Assembly (NCBI GenBank): GCA_963665095.1
Contig: OY762069.1
Coordinates: 5,472,001-5,536,000 of the forward strand
Direction: 5' to 3'
DNA length: 64,000 nt
DNA from: an uncultured Desulfobacter sp.
GTDB lineage: Bacteria > Desulfobacterota > Desulfobacteria > Desulfobacterales > Desulfobacteraceae
This document shows positions 19,511-29,038 of this stretch, in pieces (positions within the stretch are counted from its first letter, which is position 1; every line of letters starts with the position of its first letter). A program made the translations under genes and the position numbers. The notes beneath the pieces are model-generated. The model had not been told where the DNA came from, did not search any database, and worked only from the letters and a program-made list of their open reading frames with translations.

Positions 19511-20245
19511 ATGCCTGATCTTGAGAAATGCCTGTCCCACTTAAAACTACCTTATATCAGGGAAAACTATGAGTCAGTGGCTACCCTGGCTGCCCAGAAG
19601 CAATGGAGCCACGTTCAATATCTATCAGAGCTTGCCAGGCATGAATCACTACTGCGCCATGATAAAACCATCCAGCGCCGTATCCGTATGGCCAAGTTCC
19701 CGGTAATCAAAACCCTGGACCAGTTCAACTGGTCATGGCCCAGAAAAATCAATCAGGCTCAGATCCAGAATCTGTTCAGACTCAAGTTCATTGAAGAAAA
19801 GGGTAACATTATCGTGATCGGCCCGGTCGGTGTTGGGAAAACACATATTGCGACTGCTTTAGGTTACCAGGCCTGCCTGAAAAACCATACGGTTCTGTTC
19901 TCTTCTGCCATTGATATCGTCAACAATCTGGTGGCAGCCCAGAAGGCGGGTCAGTTAAAGCAGGAACTGAGAAAATACCTCAAGCCAACTTTGTTGATCA
20001 TGGATGAACTGGGCTACCTGCCCATTGACAAGATTGGGGCAGACCTGTTGTTCCAAATTATCAGTCAGCGCTATGAGCAAGGAGCCATCATAATAACCAC
20101 AAACCGGGTGTTCAAAGATTGGCCGGAGATCTTCAACAATGACATGACATTAACATCAGCTTTGCTGGACAGGCTTCTTCACCACACCGAGCCTGTGGTC
20201 ATTGAGGGTAAGAGTTTTAGAATGAAAGATGTGACGGAAGAATAA
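19511..20245 (+). CDS. istB: IS21 helper ATPase IstB
   Basis: GPVGVGKTH Walker A, LLIMDELGYLP Walker B, ITTN, ALLDRLLHH, GKSFR. Confidence 0.95.
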   Translation: MPDLEKCLSHLKLPYIRENYESVATLAAQKQWSHVQYLSELARHESLLRHDKTIQRRIRMAKFPVIKTLDQFNWSWPRKINQAQIQNLFRLKFIEEKGNIIVIGPVGVGKTHIATALGYQACLKNHTVLFSSAIDIVNNLVAAQKAGQLKQELRKYLKPTLLIMDELGYLPIDKIGADLLFQIISQRYEQGAIIITTNRVFKDWPEIFNNDMTLTSALLDRLLHHTEPVVIEGKSFRMKDVTEE

Positions 20246-20349
20246 CAAAGCCGAGGCCGGTCTACATGCATCTGGAGGCCGGCCCTTTAATCGCCTACAT
20301 TTTTAAACCGGGAGATTTATGACATGTTCACGCCCCGCCTGACAGAGGC

Positions 20350-20737
20350 CATAGAAAACAAATGGCGTGATTTATATGGAATGGGCTATGTGAGAATTAA
20401 TTGTATAAAATTCAAAGACCGAAAACACGCGATTCGGTATATGCTTAAATACATAACCAAGGATATTAAAAAACCTGGAAAAAGAAAAAGGATATTCACT
20501 GCCTCAAGACACGCCTTACTTAAAATTGTTAAACCACGGTGGATGGCATTACAAGTTTATATTGGAAGAGTTACAGATAAAGGGGTTTCCGAAGAAAAGG
20601 TGTCTTACAATATGGATGTTGGGCATGGCTATTGCGGGGTTACAAGTTCGGATCGTATCGCGATAGTACCAAAAACACATATTCTTAAAACTATAATGGA
20701 AAGACGGCTACAGCAACTTCTCGTAACAGAGATTTAA
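20350..20737 (+). pseudogene. HUH rolling-circle Rep, 3' part
   Basis: In-frame continuation GILEA|IENKW...GYVRI...YMLKYITK (motif III tyrosines)...RIFTASR. Confidence 0.85.
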
Positions 20738-20809
20738 GGTTTTGCATTGACTTCCATGCCCCTAAAATATAACACTCGATTGAATTCACATTCAATTATG
20801 GGGGTGTGT

Positions 20810-21940
20810 ATGTCTGGTACAATTGGCCGATATAAAAAATCCTGGTACGTTCGCTGGTGGGACAAAAAAGCTCAGACGGATATTAAAATATACCGATATA
20901 AAGGATTCAAGCTTGAAACCAGGGCTTTTGCCGAAAAGCTTCTTCGAGCAATGCAAGAAGATGTTGAGAAAGGGACTTTTTACATTGAAAAGTATACTCA
21001 AAGCGGCTTTTCTGGCGTTGTCCCCTTTATTGACCAGTGGTTAGAAAACGCCGAAGATTTGTCTCCAGCGACATATAAAGGATACCGGTCGTATGTTGAA
21101 AATCATTTAAGACCATTCTTCCAGAAGCATAGTCAACTTGATCTCCCTGATATCCAATTAGATGTACTCGAAAAGCTAAGAAAAAGCCTGAAAGAAAAGG
21201 GCCTATCTCCTAAAACGCAAATCAACATAATGTATGCTATGCATTTGATTTTGGATGAAGCCAAAAGAAGCCATCGAATTACCCACATGCCCTCTTTCCC
21301 CAAAAAAAGACAATACCAATATTCAAAAAAGCCTATTCAATGGTTGCCGGAAGATAGGCAGTTGGCGATTATTGAAAGTATACCAGAAGAACACAGACCC
21401 ATATTTTATTTTTTAAAATACCACTTACGACGCCCCGCTGAAGCCTGTGCCCTTCATAAAGAAGATTATTATGATGGCGTTTTCACCATTCACCGTTCAG
21501 TTTCTGCCCGGGAGCTCACTCAAAAGACTAAAACAGGTGAAATTCATACCATTCCTTGTCATCCTGATTTTGAAAAATATATCGCAATCGAAGCAGAGAA
21601 ACAGAAACTGTATGGAATCTTTTCGCCTTTTTTTTTCATAAACCCCCAAGCACGGTAACCTGGAAAGCGATATATGGGAGAAGCATTAAATAGACTTTGG
21701 AATAAAGCATGTATACTGGTAGGGGAGGATATTCCTCTTTATGCAGGGACAAAGCACAGCTCCTGTTCTCAATATATTAACGAACGGGGCTTATCTGAAT
21801 CTGAATTACAAATCATTACTGACCACGCCAGAATCGAATCCGTAAGGGCATACACGAAAACAGAAGTCAAAAGAAAACGAGAATTGATGATTAAAAATAT
21901 TTTCAAGATTAATGGTAAAAGAAAACAAACTAAAAAGTAG
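20810..21940 (+). pseudogene. Tyrosine recombinase/integrase with one in-frame TAA (21656-21658)
   Basis: LSPATYKGYRSY core-binding region, LRRPAEACAL, KTKTG, then same-frame LYAGTKHS and ITDHARIESVRAY after the stop. Confidence 0.85.
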
Positions 21941-22052
21941 GTATCTAATCTGCCATCGACATGGCCAGGTCAAATGATTTTTTCTTGCCTTTAAGCTTTA
22001 TTTTTGAGACTCTTTTTATAAAATTCATTTTAAATTGGGAGTTATTAATATA

Positions 22053-23699
22053 ATGCCGAATCTCTCTGTAGTTCCGAATAATTCTGAAGTTGATCGTAAA
22101 TCGGATAATAGCTCATTAATAAAAGAAATTGAGTCAAGATCAACGAAGGAGATAATAATAGGCTTTTCTGGAATGATGGGCAGTGGGATCTCTGGAATGG
22201 TTGAAACGTTTCAAAAAAAATTTGAGAAAAAGGGCTACGAAGCAAAGCACCTCAAGCTTAGTGATTTCATAAAAGAACGATACAACACCGTAAGGTTCCA
22301 GTTAGAGGATGATTATATAGATTATAAAACGTTAGATGAAGATCCTCAAAGATTAGAATTTTTCAAAAAGATAATAACACTGCAATCAATTGGAAACCAT
22401 TTACGAGAACAATATAGCACAAGTATTCTCTCGCAGTATGCACTTTCTAAAATTTTTAATGATCGGATTAGAAGGGATGTTAATGGAAAGGAGATAGAGG
22501 ACAACCTCGATAAAATTATAGAAGATACGAAAGAAGCTAATATCAAAAAAGTTACATTCATAGACAGTTTAAAACATATAGATGAATATAATCTCTTTAG
22601 GACTATTTATGGGAATATGTTCTATATGATCGGTGTATTGTGCCCTGAAAAAATTCGTATGGAACGTATTTTAAAGGACTACGACATTGAAGAACAGCAG
22701 CTTCAAATTTTGATTGACCGGGATAAAAAAGAAGATATAGAGAACGGTCAACAGACATTGAAGGTTTTGCAAGAAGCAGATATTTTTTTGAGAAATATTT
22801 CCTTGGATGAATCAAATGATAGCATCGAAAGATATGTGGATTTAATATTGGGAGAACCTTTTATTCGTCCAACGATTGATGAGTTTGGGATGTTTACGGC
22901 CCAAGCTGCAGCACGGCAGTCAGGATGCATTTCAAGACAAGTTGGAGCATCCATTTTCAGTAAGGATAACGACATTATTTCTACGGGTTGTAACGATGCC
23001 CCCATATTTGGTGGAGGGCATTATGCCAATGACGGTACTGTTCCTGATGGAGAACGAAAAGACAACAGATGTTGTTCATTAAGAGCTGAAAATAAATGTA
23101 AAAATACGGAGCAGTTGGATAAGATTCTTGAAGACATAAAAACTATTGTTAAAGAAAACGTAGGTGGAATAAATAATGAGGACACAGAATCTCTAAGCAG
23201 AAAAATTTTTAAAAACACACGATTAAAAAGTATAATAGAATTTTCCAAAGCAGTTCATGCTGAAATGGATGCGATCACTACGGCGGCACGTAATGGTGTT
23301 AATGCACTCAAAGGGGCAACTTTATATTGCACAACTTTTCCTTGCCATTTGTGTGCAACTAATATAATAGCAGCAGGAATAGAGAAGGTTTGTTATATAG
23401 AACCATACTTGAAAAGTTTAGCTGTTGATTTGCATGAAGATCAGGTAAATTTTGACCCCAAAACTATTGACCCAAATCATGAGGACAATAGAAACAAAGT
23501 CCTTTTTTTACCTTTTGAGGGTGTTGCGCCAAAGCAATATTTAAATATTTTTAGATCTTGTGAACGCAAAGAAAAAGATGGCACCAAAATCGAGTATGAT
23601 ATAAAAGAAGCGATCCCAGCATTAAAACAGATGATGGACTCCTACACAGATTATGAAAAAGCAATATCTAAGTCTTTTAATGATTTAATAGGGGAATAA
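22053..23699 (+). CDS. Anti-phage dCTP deaminase (Dcd/AvcD type)
   Basis: N-terminal P-loop kinase-like IIIGFSGMMGSG and FIDSLKH; deaminase SGCISRQVGA, VHAEMDAI, TTFPCHLCA, YIEPYLKS, FEGVAP. Confidence 0.92.
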   Translation: MPNLSVVPNNSEVDRKSDNSSLIKEIESRSTKEIIIGFSGMMGSGISGMVETFQKKFEKKGYEAKHLKLSDFIKERYNTVRFQLEDDYIDYKTLDEDPQRLEFFKKIITLQSIGNHLREQYSTSILSQYALSKIFNDRIRRDVNGKEIEDNLDKIIEDTKEANIKKVTFIDSLKHIDEYNLFRTIYGNMFYMIGVLCPEKIRMERILKDYDIEEQQLQILIDRDKKEDIENGQQTLKVLQEADIFLRNISLDESNDSIERYVDLILGEPFIRPTIDEFGMFTAQAAARQSGCISRQVGASIFSKDNDIISTGCNDAPIFGGGHYANDGTVPDGERKDNRCCSLRAENKCKNTEQLDKILEDIKTIVKENVGGINNEDTESLSRKIFKNTRLKSIIEFSKAVHAEMDAITTAARNGVNALKGATLYCTTFPCHLCATNIIAAGIEKVCYIEPYLKSLAVDLHEDQVNFDPKTIDPNHEDNRNKVLFLPFEGVAPKQYLNIFRSCERKEKDGTKIEYDIKEAIPALKQMMDSYTDYEKAISKSFNDLIGE

Positions 23700-23702
23700 C
23701 AA

Positions 23703-23882
23703 ATGAAACATTATAAATATATTCAATTAGAACTTCCCTTCACCTTTAGCAATGATAAAAAACCATCAAATATGGTTCCATTCCCACGTGAAAAAGTTCT
23801 TAAAAAAAGAGAAGAAGAACGGCTGAAAGCTATTGAAAAAGGTCTTGAAAAGAGTGTGAAGTCACTGCGATGGTATAAATAG
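23703..23882 (+). CDS. 59-aa basic hypothetical protein (below the ORF-track cut-off)
   Basis: MKHYKYIQLELPFTFSNDKKPSNMVPFPREKVLKKREEERLKAIEKGLEKSVKSLRWYK; 3 nt after the deaminase stop, GGGGA RBS, terminator follows. Confidence 0.65.
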   Translation: MKHYKYIQLELPFTFSNDKKPSNMVPFPREKVLKKREEERLKAIEKGLEKSVKSLRWYK

Positions 23883-23914
23883 TTTAAGTATAAAAAAAAT
23901 TAACGAAAATAAGG

Positions 23915-23945
23915 CCCGCTATCTCCTGATAGCGGGTTTATTTTT
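23915..23945 (+). terminator. Intrinsic terminator of the deaminase operon
   Basis: CCCGCTATC-TCCT-GATAGCGGG then TTTATTTTT. Confidence 0.8.
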
Positions 23946-23995
23946 GATGATTTTAGGGTACCCATTAAATGAATAATCCTCATTAAAAATAAAAA

Positions 23996-24013
23996 CCCGA
24001 CAAAACCCGACAA
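23996..24013 (+). repeat. Tandem CCCGACAAAA motif, probable arm-type site (right)
   Basis: Identical to 13774-13791. Confidence 0.7.
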
Positions 24014-24072
24014 TTGCTTTATAAGAAATATATAACAACTTGAAATCGCATAAAATGTAAATAGATCTCTAT

Positions 24073-24102
24073 GGTTCGACTCCCATGTGCTTCCGCCATT
24101 TT
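24073..24102 (+). repeat. attR: duplicated 3' end of selC
   Basis: GGTTCGACTCCCATGTGCTTCCGCCATTTT vs 13709-13738. Confidence 0.92.
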
Positions 24103-24128
24103 ATTTATAATTTCAATCAGTTAATTAT

Positions 24129-24228
24129 GATGGTCCCGTAAAAAGTCGAAAAAGGCAAAACCGCTATTAATAAATTCAGTATGTTATATCAAAAAATTTG
24201 CTAAAATCGGACTTTTTACGAGTGCATC
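24129..24228. mobile_element. 100-bp MITE-like element
   Basis: IRs GATGGTCCCGTAAAAAGTC / GACTTTTTACGAGTGCATC flanked by direct repeat AATTAT (24123-24128, 24229-24234). Confidence 0.75.
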
Positions 24229-24357
24229 AATTATCAAAAGCCCTATCCCCAATAGTGCCAAAAGAGTTTCCCTGTTTTATTTCTACGGCCCAGGTGTTCA
24301 GCCAATTTTAAGGCTGTCTTTTCTGAAGTTCGGCCAAATTAAACTGCCGTTCGACAG

Positions 24358-24549
24358 TTGCAGGTTCATTTTAAGGGATACAAATCCTATATTAAAAATC
24401 ATATCAAGCCGTATTTCCAGAAAAGGCCGGAATTAATGTTGCACTACGTTCAACTTGATATCCTGACGGATTTTTTAATAAAGTCTTTAAATCTTACCAA
24501 GAAATCGTTGCATGATGGACGCGCACACGATATAAACCCCATGTCATAA
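24358..24549 (+). pseudogene. Fragment of a second, related integrase
   Basis: FKGYKSYIKNHIKPYFQK...VQLDIL aligns with YKGYRSYVENHLRPFFQK...IQLDVL of the integrase at 20810. Confidence 0.7.
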
Positions 24550-24777
24550 TTTTTTATGCCGGTATCTGATCTGCGGCATTGTTCAACAAAGTTTTATTAA
24601 AAATTTCGCTTTCAGGATTAACTGGTCCGAAAGTAAATAACAGTACGTTTCAATATTACTGTATATGCGTCTTTATCAGCAGAGCTCTTGGTAAAAAGCT
24701 TTTGGTTTTACCCCTTATGACTATGCCCTGCATAGCGTAACGGGATAATTTTAACTGATATTTTTTAGGAGGGTGCA

Positions 24778-25761
24778 ATGAAATCACGCTTGATAGCTGC
24801 TCCGGTTTTACTATTTATGGCTCTATTTATGTTAACTGGTTGTGTTGGTCTTACTTATAAGATCAGTGATCCTGAAATTTCACAGGTAAAATATGATAAT
24901 ATCAAGGATAAGCAGGTAGCAATCAAAGTGGAAGATGCCAGAGAAAATAAAGAGTTTCACCTCAAGACTGCCAACCTGAAACAGGCAAATATAACACTTG
25001 CCAATGTTGAGAAGCCAATAGAGTGGCTGTCTCAGTCACTCAAGAACGAGTTTGAATCCCGGGGCATACCAGTAGTAATTGTTGACAAAGATTCCTCTGC
25101 AAAGGCAGATCTTGTGCTTATAGTCAAAAAGTACGAGATAGTCAGCCGACGCGTTAGCGGATTCTCTCCCTGGATAGCTACCCATACATTTTATGGTGAA
25201 CTTCAAGCAGAAAATAAAACTTACGAAGTTCCAGCTTTTTTCTGCGGGGGTAAAGTTCCGGTCTGGTCAATGAACGAGATTCTTGAACCGTGTTTTAATA
25301 TACCGATGTCAGTCGTTATAAAAGAGATAGCATCCAAGATCAATCGTTATGCCCTTAACTATAGCCTGAGCAACGCGACAGTTGAGCAGTTAGCTACGGG
25401 ATTAAAGCAGGGTGCGGACGCAAAAATTTCAGACTCATATAATTCAGTATTAGAACTTGGAGGGTCTAATAATCCCAATGCCATGAAGACCCTTATAGAG
25501 CTCTCAGAAAATGAAGATAGTATGATTAAAGCTGTGGCACTTTCGTCGATTGGTATACTTGGCGCGGAAAATGAATTCGATTTTCTTAAACAAAAGTACG
25601 AACAAAGCAGTGATTTACCAAAATTTATGGCGCTCAAATCTATTGGGGATATCGGCTCTGCCGAGGCAATGTCCTTCTTGGATCAAGTCAAAACGGGTGA
25701 AGCGTATAAGAGCCAGAACGGAGTTAAACACTGTGTGGATCTATATATAGACAAGCAATAA
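24778..25761 (+). CDS. Lipoprotein with C-terminal HEAT-like repeats
   Basis: Lipobox LTGC; repeats AVALSSIGILG and MALKSIGDIG. Confidence 0.75.
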   Translation: MKSRLIAAPVLLFMALFMLTGCVGLTYKISDPEISQVKYDNIKDKQVAIKVEDARENKEFHLKTANLKQANITLANVEKPIEWLSQSLKNEFESRGIPVVIVDKDSSAKADLVLIVKKYEIVSRRVSGFSPWIATHTFYGELQAENKTYEVPAFFCGGKVPVWSMNEILEPCFNIPMSVVIKEIASKINRYALNYSLSNATVEQLATGLKQGADAKISDSYNSVLELGGSNNPNAMKTLIELSENEDSMIKAVALSSIGILGAENEFDFLKQKYEQSSDLPKFMALKSIGDIGSAEAMSFLDQVKTGEAYKSQNGVKHCVDLYIDKQ

Positions 25762-25952
25762 AAAAGAGCATTGAAGGGAAACCATTATCGGGGCAGCCCA
25801 TTTATTTCGGCTTGCCCCTAACCCTAAATATGTATAAATTCTACGTGACACATATGCCGGCCGGTGCAAAAAGGTCACGGGATGATTTTAACCGTTCGCT
25901 TTCAGTGGAAATTTTTTAATGAGCAGTTTTGCTGTAAACAGGAGGTGCCAAG

Positions 25953-27530
25953 ATGTCGGGCATTCAGGGGACAACTTCCCGGGAAAATAAAATATATGAG
26001 ATTCTTCAGGCCTATTGCCGCGTTCCCAGTATTACGGCCTCTGATGGAGAGGCCCTGGTCCCGGAGTTTATAGGCCGGACACTTTCAGATGTCCCGTATT
26101 TTCAACAGAATCCGGATCATGTCGGAACCTGGGAGATCAAAAATGACCCCTATGGCCGGCAGGTTGCCTGGGCCATGATCAAAGGCGGCAGCAAACGAAC
26201 GGTTGTTTTAATGCATCATTTTGATGTGGTGGTCACAGACAATTACGGTCCTCTCAAACATCTGGCATTTGAACCGGACCAGCTTGAAGATGCCCTGAAA
26301 TCTGATCCTGCTATACTCACCGCCCAGGGCAAAACCGATTTATTTTCCGGAGAGTGGATGTTTGGCCGGGGGACTGCAGATATGAAGGGGGGCGGTGCCA
26401 TCCATCTGGCTCTGTTTGATGAATATGGCCGCCTTTCGGATGACGCCCGCAAAAACATGCCCACACTTGTTCTTCTGGCTGTTCCCGATGAAGAAAATAT
26501 GAGCGCCGGTATGCGTGCCGCCACAGGTCTGCTGTGCCATCTCAAAAAAAAATGGGACCTGGACTATGACCTGATGATTAACTCTGAGCCCCATCAGCGC
26601 TTGACCCCTGAAAACGGTCTTATCAGCCAGGGCTCCATTGGCAAGCTGCTGCTCTTTGTTTATGTCCGGGGAGTTATGGCCCATGCCGGGAAAGTGCTTG
26701 ACGGTCTGAACCCCACCGGGATCATGGCAGAAATTGTGGGCCGGACAGACCTGTCTGATGCGTTTCTGGATCAGGCCCATGGCCAGACCAGTATTCATCC
26801 GACCTGGATGCTGTCAAGGGATTTGAAAAAACACTATGACATCTCTTTCCCTGAGGCGTGCTATGGCATTTTCAATGTTCTGAACTTTCACACAGGCCCG
26901 GATGAGGTGCTCAAAAAGATGAGTGTTGTCTGCCGGGATGTTTTGGAAAGTTACCAGGAAGAGGTAAACCGGAAACGCCGGATTTTGTCGAAGCGTACCG
27001 GTCAGGACCTGCATCTTCTGGACTGGATGCCCTGCGTGATGCCCTACGGAGATTTAAAGGCCGCCACCCCGTCGCCGGAGTCCGGCATGGCGCTGACAGA
27101 GGAACTGGCCTTCCGTGCGGCAGGGTTTGAGCTGGAAAGCCCTCTGATTATCGTGGGATTCTGTCCACCCTATTATCCAGGGGTGAGCAATGCGGATCAG
27201 GAAACCCTGCATAAAATGGTCACCGATTTTACCCTGGCCCATTTTGATCAGGATTACGATAATGAGGCCTATTATACCGGCATCTGCGATTTAAGCTATG
27301 CCAAGGCCCCGGAAAATCCTGCGGCATTTGCCGATGCCATGGTTCATATGGCAGGGGGTGATGATTACCATATTGCCTTTGATGAAATTGAAACCATATC
27401 CATGGACTGCATCAATATCGGTCCCTGGGGGAAAGATTTTCACAAACCCTCGGAACGTGTACTCAAAGAGGACCTGTTTGTGCGCACCCCCCAGATCGTT
27501 GACCATATCATCCGCACCTATCACGTTTAG
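25953..27530 (+). CDS. M20-family metallohydrolase, RocB-like
   Basis: HHFDVV, GRGTADMKGG, VPDEENMSAGM, GSIGKLL, NIGPWGKDFHKPSERV. Confidence 0.85.
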   Translation: MSGIQGTTSRENKIYEILQAYCRVPSITASDGEALVPEFIGRTLSDVPYFQQNPDHVGTWEIKNDPYGRQVAWAMIKGGSKRTVVLMHHFDVVVTDNYGPLKHLAFEPDQLEDALKSDPAILTAQGKTDLFSGEWMFGRGTADMKGGGAIHLALFDEYGRLSDDARKNMPTLVLLAVPDEENMSAGMRAATGLLCHLKKKWDLDYDLMINSEPHQRLTPENGLISQGSIGKLLLFVYVRGVMAHAGKVLDGLNPTGIMAEIVGRTDLSDAFLDQAHGQTSIHPTWMLSRDLKKHYDISFPEACYGIFNVLNFHTGPDEVLKKMSVVCRDVLESYQEEVNRKRRILSKRTGQDLHLLDWMPCVMPYGDLKAATPSPESGMALTEELAFRAAGFELESPLIIVGFCPPYYPGVSNADQETLHKMVTDFTLAHFDQDYDNEAYYTGICDLSYAKAPENPAAFADAMVHMAGGDDYHIAFDEIETISMDCINIGPWGKDFHKPSERVLKEDLFVRTPQIVDHIIRTYHV

Positions 27531-27532
27531 CG

Positions 27533-29029
27533 TCAGAACGGTCCGAACCGGATGGCCACGGCAATCATGAGAAAAACCATGGACATCAGGGCAATGCCTG
27601 CCTGCATTTTCCAGGTCCAGCGGATCCATTTGGGATAGGTCACCACGGTAAAACTTAAGCCGATGAGCAGCAGGGCATTGGTGGGGAATACCATGTTTGA
27701 AAATCCGTCCCCGAGATCAAAGGCAAACACGGCAGTTTGCCGGGTCAGGCCCACAAGATCAGCCAGGGGCGCAATAATGGGCATCACCAGAAACGCTTTG
27801 GCAGATGCGGAAGATATAAAAAAGTTCAGGGCCAGGGTTAACAGATAAATATAAAACGCCGCCTGGAAGGGGTTGGTTCCTTCTATGGTATTGGAGGCAT
27901 AATACAGAATCGTATCCATGACATGCCCCCGGGTCATGATATGGGGGACGCTCATGGCCATGAGGATCAGCAGGATGCCCGGCAGCATGGCACCGGCTCC
28001 GGAAGCCAGCACACCGGAAAGCTGCCGCCAGGAATACCCGGATATCCGTCCGGCCCCGGCCCCGCCAATAAGAAAAAGTATTGCCACTGTGGGAAAGGCC
28101 GCATCCGACGGAATGGCTGGAATCACCCCTGCCAGAATCATGAACACAATGGCCAGTCCCAGACAGGCCCCGAACCACACAGCCGCCTTAACCTTGGCAG
28201 GGTCATCCTCCTGTCCCCCTGCCAGTACTTTTTCAGGGCTGAACCGTTGCCGGATCCGGCAGTCGGCCTCATATACCGGCGAAAGCTCCGGCTGCCTTTC
28301 AATGCGCCGGGCATACCGGCTCACACTGAAGTAGCACAGCAGGTAAATGGCAATAAAGAAGATAATACGGAACCAGGCCCCGGAAAACATGGGTAGATCA
28401 GACAATTCCTGGGCCACGGCAATGGTGAAGGGATTGGTGACAGCTGCAGAAAAGCCAAAGGTCAATGCCAGCATGCTCATGCCAAGGCCGGTCAGGGAGT
28501 CCCATCCCAGAGCCAGGGAGAGCGGCACAATAATCACAATTAAAGGCACCAGGGCCTCATACACCCCCACAAAGGCGGCAAGAAACATCATAATAAAAAT
28601 GATGACGCCCAGAAGCCGGTACTTGTTGTCTTTAAACCGCTCCACAGTCCAGGCAAGAAGGGCCTGGAGCACCCCTCCCTTTTCAAGCACGGTAAATGAG
28701 CCGCCTAAAAAAATCATGAACAGGGACAAAACCAGAATCATGAGCCAGTTATCCCCCCAGATCACTTCCGCAGGGGCGGTAAACCACCGGAATACGGGGT
28801 ACGGATCCCCCTGAAGATAGGTAAAGGAGCCAGCTTTAACAGCCATGCGGCCGTCAACAAGGACTCGCTCGTAGGCTCCTGCCGGAATCCAACGGGTTAA
28901 TAACCCTGAAAAGACGATCAGCAGTAAAAGAATGCCAAAGGCAGTGAGAAACGGTTTAAGCCCAATTTTTAGCATGGATCCGTCATCGGTATTCTGTTGC
29001 GCAGTCCCAGGGGTAGCAGCCATATGCAA
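27533..29029 (-). CDS. YfcC-family basic amino acid/short-chain substrate transporter
   Basis: Multi-TM; PAGAYER, TNPFTIAVAQ, MPIIAPLADLVGL, GDGFSNMVFPT. Confidence 0.85.
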   Translation of the reverse strand: MHMAATPGTAQQNTDDGSMLKIGLKPFLTAFGILLLLIVFSGLLTRWIPAGAYERVLVDGRMAVKAGSFTYLQGDPYPVFRWFTAPAEVIWGDNWLMILVLSLFMIFLGGSFTVLEKGGVLQALLAWTVERFKDNKYRLLGVIIFIMMFLAAFVGVYEALVPLIVIIVPLSLALGWDSLTGLGMSMLALTFGFSAAVTNPFTIAVAQELSDLPMFSGAWFRIIFFIAIYLLCYFSVSRYARRIERQPELSPVYEADCRIRQRFSPEKVLAGGQEDDPAKVKAAVWFGACLGLAIVFMILAGVIPAIPSDAAFPTVAILFLIGGAGAGRISGYSWRQLSGVLASGAGAMLPGILLILMAMSVPHIMTRGHVMDTILYYASNTIEGTNPFQAAFYIYLLTLALNFFISSASAKAFLVMPIIAPLADLVGLTRQTAVFAFDLGDGFSNMVFPTNALLLIGLSFTVVTYPKWIRWTWKMQAGIALMSMVFLMIAVAIRFGPF

Positions 29030-29038
29030 TCCTTTCCG

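Larger units (their letters stand above)
16516..19518 (+). pseudogene. istA: IS21 transposase IstA interrupted by an IS3 element (16516-17882 + 19410-19518)
   Basis: PGEAAQVDWG, VDNLKSAV, EKGRVEN DDE motifs; removing the IS3 restores RSPQEPGALHVT...KNA-stop overlapping istB. Confidence 0.9.
15466..20344 (+). mobile_element. IS21-family element with two accessory genes
   Basis: Imperfect ~50-bp terminal IRs starting TGTCAGG; 5-bp target duplication GAGGC at 15461-15465 and 20345-20349; istA/istB. Confidence 0.93.
13709..24102. mobile_element. Integrative rolling-circle element in selC (10,364 bp as found; 5,480 bp without the IS stack)
   Basis: 30-bp direct repeat 13709-13738 / 24073-24102 (29/30); encodes HUH Rep, tyrosine integrase and dCTP deaminase. 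Confidence 0.9.

Noticed and set aside
21656..21658. Selenocysteine read-through of the integrase stop, tempting next to selC
   Set aside because: The codon is TAA, not TGA; a nonsense mutation or sequencing error is simpler
21941..22052. AvcI-like sRNA upstream of the deaminase
   Set aside because: Short AT-rich gap with no convincing structure; cannot be supported without a covariance search
22053..23699. Housekeeping dCMP deaminase / ComEB
   Set aside because: Far too long, has the N-terminal P-loop domain and lies in a mobile element, fitting the defence family
13709..24102. Inovirus or other prophage
   Set aside because: No Zot-like ATPase, coat, capsid, terminase or tail genes between the att sites
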